DNA of 64,000 nucleotides from the human T2T-CHM13v2.0 reference genome, Homo sapiens. Position 1 is the first letter of the stretch. Each line of letters opens with the position of its first letter. The notes below the pieces were generated by a model that was given only the letters and a program-made list of their open reading frames with translations, was not told where the DNA came from and searched no databases. This document shows, piece after piece, positions 52,901 through 64,000 of the stretch. The position numbers and the translations under genes were made by a program. The stretch lies in assembly GCF_009914755.1 (NCBI RefSeq), contig NC_060939.1. One strand, given 5' to 3'.

Positions 52901-55900
52901 CATTCCATTGCATTGCATTCCATTCCATTGGATTGCATTCGATTCGATTCCATTCCATTCGAATCAATTACATAGCAATCCATTACATTCGAGTCTATTC
53001 TATTCCGTTCCATTCGATTTCGTTCCAATCCATTCGATTCCATTCCATTCGATTCCATTCCATACTATTGCATTCCATTCGATTACATTATATTCGAATA
53101 AGTTCCATTCAAGACCATTTCTTTTGAGTCCATTCTATTTGAGTCCATTCCCTTTGATTCCATAACATTTGAGTCCATTCAATTCCATTCCTTTCGTTTC
53201 CATTCCATTTGATGCCATTCCATTCAATTCTGTTCTACTCGACTCCAATACATTCAATTCCATTCCATCCGATTCCATTACATTCTTTTAATTTCTTATC
53301 CATTTCAAGCCATTCCACTCCATTCCATTCCACTCGTTTCCTTTCCATTCGAGTCCATTCCTCTCCAGTCCATTCCGTTCAATCCATTCCATTCCAGTCC
53401 ATTCCATTCGAGTCCGTTCCATTCCAGTCCATTCCATTCGAGTCAACTCCATTCCATTCGATGTCTTTCCATAACGATCCATTCCATTCTATTCCTTTCG
53501 ATTCCATTCCATTCTATTTCATTCCATTCGATTCCCTTCCATTGGACTCCTTTCCATTCGAGTGCATTCCATTCCTTTCCATTTCTTTCCGTTCTGTACG
53601 ATTCCTACCGTTCGATTTCATTTTGTTCCAGTCCATTCCTTTCGCGTCCATTCCATTCCATTTCACTCCATTCGATTCCATTCCACTCGATTCCACTTCG
53701 TTCCATTTCATTGCATTCCATTCTATTCAACTCTATTGCCTTCCATTCCATTCCATTCGATTACATTCCATGCGATTCCATTCGAAATCGAATCAATTAC
53801 ATTGCAATCCATTACTATTGAGTCCGTTTTATTCCAGTCCACTGCATTCTGGTCCATTCCATTTGATTCCATTCCATTCTATTCCATTCCATACAGTTGC
53901 ATTCCATTGGATTCCATGCTATATCTATAAATTCAATTCGAGACCATTGCTTTTGAGTCCATTCTATATGATTCCATTCCATTCAAGTCCATTACATTTG
54001 GTTCAATTCCATTCCATTCCATTCCCTTCCATTCCATTCCAGTTGATATCAATCCATTCGATTCCATTCCATTCGAGCACATTCCATTCGAGTCCATTCC
54101 ATTCGATGCCATTCCATTTGATTCTATTCCATTAGTCTCCATTCAATTCCATTAATCTCCATTCCATTCCATTCTACTCCAACTGATTCCATTCCATTAT
54201 ATTCCTTTCCATTCCATTTCATTCCATTCCATTCCATTTCATTCCATTCCATTCCATTCGTGTCCATTCCACTCCAGTCCATTCCATTCGTGTCCATTCC
54301 ATTCCAGTCCATTCCATTTGTGTCCACTGCCTTCCATTCCACTCCATTCCATATTATTCCATTACACTCCATTCCATTCTATTACTTTCATTTCCATTCA
54401 ATTCCATTCCATTTGATTCCATTCCACTCGGTTTCATTCCATTTGAGTCCACTCCATTCCATTCCATTCCATTCCATTCAGTTAAATTCCATTCTGTTCC
54501 ATTCCATTCCGTTCCATTACATTCCATTCCATTCGGTACCATTCCATATTGTTCCATTCGATTCCATTCGAATCCATTCCATTCCAGTCCATTCCATTCG
54601 ATTCCATTCCATTCATTTCAATTCCATTCCATTCCATTCCATTCCATTCCACTTGATTCCTCTCCATTCCCTTCCACTGCATTCCGTTCGATTCCATTCC
54701 ATTGCATTGCATTCCATTCCATTGGATTGCATTCCATTCGATTCCATTCCATTCGAATCAATTACATAGCAATCCATTACATTCGAGTCTATTCTATTCC
54801 GTTCCATTCGATTTCGTTCCAATCCATTCGATTCCATTCCATTCGATTCCATTCCATACTATTGCATTCCATTCGATTTCATTATATTCGAATAAGTTCC
54901 ATTCAAGACCATTTCTTTTGAGTCCATTCTATTTGAGTCCATTCCCTTTGATTCCATAACATTTGAGTCCATTCAATTCCATTCCTTTCGTTTCCATTCC
55001 ATTTGATGCCATTCCATTCAATTCTGTTCTACTCGACTCCAATACATTCAATTCCATTCCATCCGATTCCATTACATTCTTTTCATTTCTTATCCATTTC
55101 AAGCCATTCCACTCCATTCCATTCCACTCGTATCCTTTCCATTCGAGTCCATTCCTCTCCAGTCCATTCCGTTCAATCCATTCCATTCCAGTCCATTCCA
55201 TTCGAGTCCGTTCCATTCCAGTCCATTCCATTCGAGTCAACTCCATTCCATTCGATGTCTTTCCATAACGATCCATTCCATTCTATTCCTTTCGATTCCA
55301 TTCCATTCTATTTCATTCCATTCGATTCCCTTCCATTGGACTCCTTTCCATTCGAGTGCATTCCATTCCTTTCCATTTCTTTCCGTTCTGTACGATTCCT
55401 ACCGTTCGATTTCATTTTGTTCCAGTCCATTCCTTTCGCGTCCATTCCATTCCATTTCACTCCATTCGATTCCATTCCACTCGATTCCACTTCGTTCCAT
55501 TTCATTGCATTCCATTCTATTCAACTCTATTGCCTTCCATTCCATTCCATTCGATTACATTCCATGCGATTCCATTCGAAATCGAATCAATTACATTGCA
55601 ATCCATTACTATTGAGTCCGTTTTATTCCAGTCCACTGCATTCTGGTCCATTCCATTTGATTCCATTCCATTCTATTCCATTCCATACAGTTGCATTCCA
55701 TTGGATTCCATGCTATATCTATAAATTCAATTCGAGACCATTGCTTTTGAGTCCATTCTATATGATTCCATTCCATTCAAGTCCATTACATTTGGTTCAA
55801 TTCCATTCCATTCCATTCCCTTCCATTCCATTCCAGTTGATATCAATCCATTCGATTCCATTCCATTCGAGCACATTCCATTCGAGTCCATTCCATTCGA

Positions 55901-58900
55901 TGCCATTCCATTTGATTCTATTCCATTAGTCTCCATTCAATTCCATTAATCTGCATTCCATTCCATTCTACTCCAACTGATTCCATTCCATTATATTCCT
56001 TTCCATTCCATTTCATTCCATTCCATTCCATTTCATTCCATTCCATTCCATTCGTGTCCATTCCACTCCAGTCCATTCCATTCGTGTCCATTCCATTCCA
56101 GTCCATTCCATTTGTGTCCACTGCCTTCCATTCCACTCCATTCCATATTATTCCATTACACTCCATTCCATTCTATTACTTTCATTTCCATTCAATTCCA
56201 TTCCATTTGATTCCATTCCACTCGGTTTCATTCCATTTGAGTCCACTCCATTCCATTCCATTCCATTCCATTCCATTCAGTTCCATTCCATTCTGTTCCA
56301 TTCCATTCCGTTCCATTACATTCCATTCCATTCGGTACCATTCCATATTGTTCCATTCGATTCCATTCGAATCCATTCCATTCCAGTCCATTCCATTCGA
56401 TTCCATTCCATTCATTTCAATTCCATTCCATTCCATTCCATTACATTCCACTTGATTCCTCTCCATTCCCTTCCACTGCATTCCGTTCGATTCCATTCCA
56501 TTGCATTGCATTCCATTCCATTGGATTGCATTCCATTCGATTCCATTCCATTCGAATCAATTACATAGCAATCCATTACATTCGAGTCTATTCTATTCCG
56601 TTCCATTCGATTTCGTTCCAATCCATTCGATTCCATTCCATTCGATTCCATTCCATACTATTGCATTCCATTCGATTTCATTATATTCGAATAAGTTCCA
56701 TTCAAGACCATTTCTTTTGAGTCCATTCTATTTGAGTCCATTCCCTTTGATTCCATAACATTTGAGTCCATTCAATTCCATTCCTTTCGTTTCCATTCCA
56801 TTTGATGCCATTCCATTCAATTCTGTTCTACTCGACTCCAATACATTCAATTCCATTCCATCCGATTCCATTACATTCTTTTCATTTCTTATCCATTTCA
56901 AGCCATTCCACTCCATTCCATTCCACTCGTTTCCTTTCCATTCGAGTCCATTCCTCTCCAGTCCATTCCGTTCAATCCATTCCATTCCAGTCCATTCCAT
57001 TCGAGTCCGTTCCATTCCAGTCCATTCCATTCGAGTCAATTCCATCCCATTCGATGTCTTTCCATAACGATCCATTCCATTCTATTCCTTTCGATTCCAT
57101 TCCATTCTATTTCATTCCATTCGATTCCCTTCCATTGGACTCCTTTCCATTCGAGTGCATTCCATTCCGTTCCATTTCTTTCCGTTCTGTACGATTCCTA
57201 CCGTTCGATTTCATTTTGTTCCAGTCCATTCCTTTCGCGTCCATTCCATTCCATTTCACTCCATTCGATTCCATTCCACTCGATTCCACTTCGTTCCATT
57301 TCATTGCATTCCATTCTATTCAACTCTATTGCCTTCCATTCCATTCCATTCGATTACATTCCATGCGATTCCATTCGAAATCGAATCAATTACATTGCAA
57401 TCCATTACTATTGAGTCCATTTTATTCCAGTCCACTGCATTCTGGTCCATTCCATTTGATTCCATTCCATTCTATTCCATTCCATACAGTTGCATTCCAT
57501 TGGATTCCATTCTATATCTATAAATTCAATACGAGACCATTGCTTTTGAGTCCATTCTATATGATTCCATTCCTTTCAAGTCCATTACATTTGGTTCAAT
57601 TCCATTCCTTTTCATTCCCTTCCATTCCATTCCAGTTGATATCAATCCATTCGATTCCATTCCATTCGAGCACATTCCATTCGAGTCCATTCCATTCGAT
57701 GCCATTCCATTTGATTCTATTCCATTAGTCTCCATTCAATTCCATTAATCTCCATTCCATTCCATTCTACTCCAACTGATTCCATTCCATTCTATTCCTT
57801 TCCATTCCATTTCATTCCATTCCATTCCATTTCATTCCATTCCATTCCATTCGCTTCCATTCCATTCGTGTCCATTCCACTCCAGTCCATTCCATTCGTG
57901 TCCATTCCATTCCAGTCCATTCCATTTGTGTCCACTGCATTCCATTCCACTCCATTCCATATTATTCCATTACACTCCATTCCATTCTATTACTTTCATT
58001 TCCATTCAATTCCATTCCATTTGATTCCATTCCACTCGGTTTCATTCCATTTGAGTCCACTCCATTCCATTCCATTCCATTCCATTCAGTTCCATTCTAT
58101 TCTGTTCCATTCCATTCCGTTCCATTGCATTCCATTCCATTCGGTACCATTCCATATTGTTCCATTCGATTCCATTCGAATCCATTCCATTCCAGTCCAT
58201 TCCATTCGATTCCATTCCATTCCTTTCCATTCCATTCCATTCCATTCCATTCCACTTGATTCCACTCCATTCCCTTCCACTGCATTCCATTCGATTCCAT
58301 TCCATTGCATTGCATTCCATTCCATTGGACTGCATTCCATTCGATTCCATTCCATTCGAATCAATTACTTAGCAATCCATTACATTCGAGTCTATTCTAT
58401 TCCGTTCCATTCGATTTCGTTCCAATCCATTCGATTCCATTCCATTCGATTCCATTCCATACTATTGCATTCCATTCGATTACATTATATTCGAATAAGT
58501 TCCATTCAAGACCATTTCTTTTGAGTCCATTCTATTTGAGTCCATTCCCTTTGATTCCATAACATTTGAGTCCATTCAATTCCATTCCTTTCGTTTCCAT
58601 TCCATTTGATGCCATTCCATTCAATTCTGTTCTACTCGACTCCAATACATTCAATTCCATTCCATCCGATTCCATTACATTCTTTTCATTTCTTATCCAT
58701 TTCAAGCCATTCCACTCCATTCCATTCCACTCGTTTCCTTTCCATTCGAGTCCATTCCTCTCCAGTCCATTCCGTTCAATCCATTCCATTCCAGTCCATT
58801 CCATTCGAGTCCGTTCCATTCCAGTCCATTCCATTCGAGTCAACTCCATCCCATTCGATGTCTTTCCATAACGATCCATTCCATTCTATTCCTTTCGATT

Positions 58901-61900
58901 CCATTCCATTCTATTTCATTCCATTCGATTCCCTTCCATTGGACTCCTTTCCATTCGAGTGCATTCCATTCCGTTCCATTTCTTTCCGTTCTGTACGATT
59001 CCTACCGTTCGATTTCATTATGTTCCAGTCCATTCCTTTCGCGTCCATTCCATTCCATTTCACTCCATTCGATTCCATTCCACTCGATTCCACTTCGTTC
59101 CATTTCATTGCATTCCATTCTATTCAACTCTATTGCCTTCCATTCCATTCCATTCGATTACATTCCATGTGATTCCATTCGAAATCGAATCAATTACATT
59201 GCAATCCATTACTATTGAGTCCGTTTTATTCCAGTCCACTGCATTCTGGTCCATTCCATTTGATTCCATTCCATTCTATTCCATTCCATACAGTTGCATT
59301 CCATTGGATTCCATGCTATATCTATAAATTCAATTCGAGACCATTGCTTTTGAGTCCATTCTATATGATTCCATTCCATTCAAGTCCATTACATTTGGTT
59401 CAATTCCATTACATTCCATTCCCTTCCATTCCATTCCAGTTGATATCAATCCATTCGATTCCATTCCATTCGAGCACATTCCATTCGAGTCCATTCCATT
59501 CGATGCCATTCCATTTGATTCTATTCCATTAGTCTCCATTCAATTCCATTAATCTCCATTCCATTCCATTCTACTCCAACTGATTCCATTCCATTATATT
59601 CCTTTCCATTCCATTTCATTCCATTCCATTCCATTTCATTCCATTCCATTCCATTCGTGTCCATTCCACTCCAGTCCATTCCATTCGTGTCCATTCCATT
59701 CCAGTCCATTCCATTTGTGTCCACTGCCTTCCATTCCACTCCATTCCATATTATTCCATTACACTCCATTCCATTCTATTACTTTCATTTCCATTCAATT
59801 CCATTCCATTTGATTCCATTCCACTCGGTTTCATTCCATTTGAGTCCACTCCATTCCATTCCATTCCATTCCATTCAGTTAAATTCCATTCTGTTCCATT
59901 CCATTCCGTTCCATTACATTCCATTCCATTCGGTACCATTCCATATTGTTCCATTCGATTCCATTCGAATCCATTCCATTCCAGTCCATTCCATTCGATT
60001 CCATTCCATTCATTTCAATTCCATTCCATTCCATTACATTACATTCCACTTGATTCCTCTCCATTCCCTTCCACTGCATTCCGTTCGATTCCATTCCATT
60101 GCATTGCATTCCATTCCATTGGATTGCATTCCATTCGATTCCATTCCATTCGAATCAATTACATAGCAATCCATTACATTCGAGTCTATTCTATTCCGTT
60201 CCATTCGATTTCGTTCCAATCCATTCGATTCCATTCCATTCGATTCCATTCCATACTATTGCATTCCATTCGATTTCATTATATTCGAATAAGTTCCATT
60301 CAAGACCATTTCTTTTGAGTCCATTCTATTTGAGTCCATTCCCTTTGATTCCATAACATTTGAGTCCATTCAATTCCATTCCTTTCGTTTCCATTCCATT
60401 TGATGCCATTCCATTCAATTCTGTTCTACTCGACTCCAATACATTCAATTCCATTCCATCCGATTCCATTACATTCTTTTCATTTCTTATCCATTTCAAG
60501 CCATTCCACTCCATTCCATTCCACTCGTTTCCTTTCCATTCGAGTCCATTCCTCTCCAGTCCATTCCGTTCAATCCATTCCATTCCAGTCCATTCCATTC
60601 GAGTCCGTTCCATTCCAGTCCATTCCATTCGAGTCAATTCCATCCCATTCGATGTCTTTCCATAACGATCCATTCCATTCTATTCCTTTCGATTCCATTC
60701 CATTCTATTTCATTCCATTCGATTCCCTTCCATTGGACTCCTTTCCATTCGAGTGCATTCCATTCCGTTCCATTTCTTTCCGTTCTGTACGATTCCTACC
60801 GTTCGATTTCATTTTGTTCCAGTCCATTCCTTTCGCGTCCATTCCATTCCATTTCACTCCATTCGATTCCATTCCACTCGATTCCACTTCGTTCCATTTC
60901 ATTGCATTCCATTCTATTCAACTCTATTGCCTTCCATTCCATTCCATTCGATTACATTCCATGCGATTCCATTCGAAATCGAATCAATTACATTGCAATC
61001 CATTACTATTGAGTCCATTTTATTCCAGTCCACTGCATTCTGGTCCATTCCATTTGATTCCATTCCATTCTATTCCATTCCATACAGTTGCATTCCATTG
61101 GATTCCATTCTATATCTATAAATTCAATACGAGACCATTGCTTTTGAGTCCATTCTATATGATTCCATTCCTTTCAAGTCCATTACATTTGGTTCAATTC
61201 CATTCCTTTTCATTCCCTTCCATTCCATTCCAGTTGATATCAATCCATTCGATTCCATTCCATTCGAGCACATTCCATTCGAGTCCATTCCATTCGATGC
61301 CATTCCATTTGATTCTATTCCATTAGTCTCCATTCAATTCCATTAATCTCCATTCCATTCCATTCTACTCCAACTGATTCCATTCCATTCTATTCCTTTC
61401 CATTCCATTTCATTCCATTCCATTCCATTTCATTCCATTCCATTCCATTCGCTTCCATTCCATTCGTGTCCATTCCACTCCAGTCCATTCCATTCGTGTC
61501 CATTCCATTCCAGTCCATTCCATTTGTGTCCACTGCATTCCATTCCACTCCATTCCATATTATTCCATTACACTCCATTCCATTCTATTACTTTCATTTC
61601 CATTCAATTCCATTCCATTTGATTCCATTCCACTCGGTTTCATTCCATTTGAGTCCACTCCATTCCATTCCATTCCATTCCATTCAGTTCCATTCTATTC
61701 TGTTCCATTCCATTCCGTTCCATTGCATTCCATTCCATTCGGTACCATTCCATATTGTTCCATTCGATTCCATTCGAATCCATTCCATTCCAGTCCATTC
61801 CATTCGATTCCATTCCATTCCTTTCCATTCCATTCCATTCCATTCCATTCCATTCCACTTGATTCCACTCCATTCCCTTCCACTGCATTCCATTCGATTC

Positions 61901-64000
61901 CATTCCATTGCATTGCATTCCATTCCATTGGACTGCATTCCATTCGATTCCATTCCATTCGAATCAATTACTTAGCAATCCATTACATTCGAGTCTATTC
62001 TATTCCGTTCCATTCGATTTCGTTCCAATCCATTCGATTCCATTCCATTCGATTCCATTCCATACTATTGCATTCCATTCGATTACATTATATTCGAATA
62101 AGTTCCATTCAAGACCATTTCTTTTGAGTCCATTCTATTTGAGTCCATTCCCTTTGATTCCATAACATTTGAGTCCATTCAATTCCATTCCTTTCGTTTC
62201 CATTCCATTTGATGCCATTCCATTCAATTCTGTTCTACTCGACTCCAATACATTCAATTCCATTCCATCCGATTCCATTACATTCTTTTCATTTCTTATC
62301 CATTTCAAGCCATTCCACTCCATTCCATTCCACTCGTTTCCTTTCCATTCGAGTCCATTCCTCTCCAGTCCATTCCGTTCAATCCATTCCATTCCAGTCC
62401 ATTCCATTCGAGTCCGTTCCATTCCAGTCCATTCCATTCGAGTCAATTCCATCCCATTCGATGTCTTTCCATAACGATCCATTCCATTCTATTCCTTTCG
62501 ATTCCATTCCATTCTATTTCATTCCATTCGATTCCCTTCTATTGGACTCCTTTCCATTCGAGTGCATTCCATTCCGTTCCATTTCTTTCCGTTCTGTACG
62601 ATTCCTACCATTCGATTTCATTATGTTCCAGTCCATTCCTTTCGCGTCCATTCCATTCCATTTCACTCCATTCGATTCCATTCCACTCGATTCCACTTCG
62701 TTCCATTTCATTGCATTCCATTCTATTCAACTCTATTGCCTTCCATTCCATTCCATTCGATTACATTCCATGTGATTCCATTCGAAATCGAATCAATTAC
62801 ATTGCAATCCATTACTATTGAGTCCGTTTTATTCCAGTCCACTGCATTCTTGTCCATTCCATTTGATTCCATTCCATTCTATTCCATTCCATACAGTTGC
62901 ATTCCATTGGATTCCATGCTATATCTATAAATTCAATTCGAGACCATTGCTTTTGAGTCCATTCTATATGATTCCATTCCATTCAAGTCCATTACATTTG
63001 GTTCAATTCCATTCCATTCCATTCCCTTCCATTCCATTCCATGTGATATCAATCCATTCGATTCCATTCCATTCGAGCACATTCCATTCGAGTCCATTCC
63101 ATTCGATGCCATTCCATTTGATTCTATTCCATTAGTCTCCATTCAATTCCATTAATCTCCATTCCATTCCATTCTACTCCAACTGATTCCATTCCATTCT
63201 ATTCCTTTCCATTCCATTTCATTCCATTCCATTCCATTTCATTCCATTCCATTCCATTCGTGTCCATTCCACTCCAGTCCATTCCATTCGTGTCCATTCC
63301 ATTCCAGTCCACTCCATTTGTGTCCACTGCATTCCATTCCACTCCATTCCATATTATTCCATTACACTCCATTCCATTCTATTACTTTCATTTCCATTCT
63401 ATTCCATTCCATTTGATTCCATTCCACTCGGTTTCATTCCATTTGAGTCCACTCCATTCCATTCCATTCCATTCCATTCAGTTCCATTCCATTCTGTTCC
63501 ATTCCATTCCGTTCCATTACATTCCATTCCATTCGGTACCATTCCATATTGTTCCATTCGATTCCATTCGAATCCATTCCATTCCAGTTCATTCCATTCG
63601 ATTCCATTCCATTCATTTCAATTCCATTCCATTCCATTCCATTACATTCCACTTGATTCCTCTCCATTCCCTTCCACTGCATTCCGTTCGATTCCATTCC
63701 ATTGCATTGCATTCCATTCCATTGGATTGCATTCCATTCGATTCCATTCCATTCGAATCAATTACATAGCAATCCATTACATTCGAGTCTATTCTATTCC
63801 GTTCCATTCGATTTCGTTCCAATCCATTCGATTCCATTCCATTCGATTCCATTCCATACTATTGCATTCCATTCGATTACATTATATTCGAATAAGTTCC
63901 ATTCAAGACCATTTCTTTTGAGTCCATTCTATTTGAGTCCATTCCCTTTGATTCCATAACATTTGAGTCCATTCAATTCCATTCCTTTCGTTTCCATTCC

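Larger units (their letters stand above)
1..64000 (+). repeat. Satellite III (HSat3) tandem array, diverged (CATTC)n; ~1.8 kb KpnI-type higher-order unit, probably D15Z1/HSat3A5 (chr15 short arm)
   Basis: ATTCC pentamers with variants (ATTCG, ATTTG, AGTCC, ACTCC) run end to end and the + strand is very G-poor. Homologous landmarks recur at 1218, 2992, 4766, 6575 ... 60360, 62169 (spacing 1709-1869 bp, most often 1794 or 1809), with one GGTACC in most units. Family call is near certain. The locus call rests on the known 1.8 kb KpnI period of D15Z1 and is less certain (about 0.75). Confidence 0.97.

Noticed and set aside
1-64000. CRISPR-like or diversity-generating repeat system
   Set aside because: No unique spacers, no cas, reverse transcriptase or recombinase genes; all sequence is near-identical tandem satellite.
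1-64000. HSat2, DYZ1 (Yq, 3.6 kb) or alpha satellite identity
   Set aside because: Lacks the dominant CATTCGATGAT motif of HSat2 and any 171-bp period. The base period is 1.8 kb with highly similar A/B units, unlike the 3.6 kb DYZ1 unit.
1-64000. Inversion, transposon insertion or array boundary
   Set aside because: CATTC stays on the + strand throughout and landmark spacing leaves no room for foreign inserts.

Overview
The whole 64 kb window is one uninterrupted, single-orientation array of diverged (CATTC/GGAAT)n pentamers, i.e. classical human/great-ape Satellite III (HSat3). It is organised as about 36 tandem copies of a ~1.8 kb unit (1709-1869 bp, measured from homologous ORF-track landmarks), most carrying one KpnI site (GGTACC). 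That matches the established description of the chromosome 15p D15Z1 / HSat3A5 array, but the assignment is inferred and not confirmed by a search. I see no credible genes, RNA genes, transposons, CRISPR arrays or inversions; every ORF in the track is a pentamer-translation artefact (FHSIP / MEWNG). I found no new gene-encoded system. The interesting content is the layered repeat architecture: an ancient internal duplication inside the monomer, fixed 5n-1 register geometry, two monomer subtypes (A/B) in a non-random order, nested 2-, 3-, 4- and 6-unit duplications, mosaic (recombinant) blocks, and a KpnI-null / EcoRI-gain sub-lineage.
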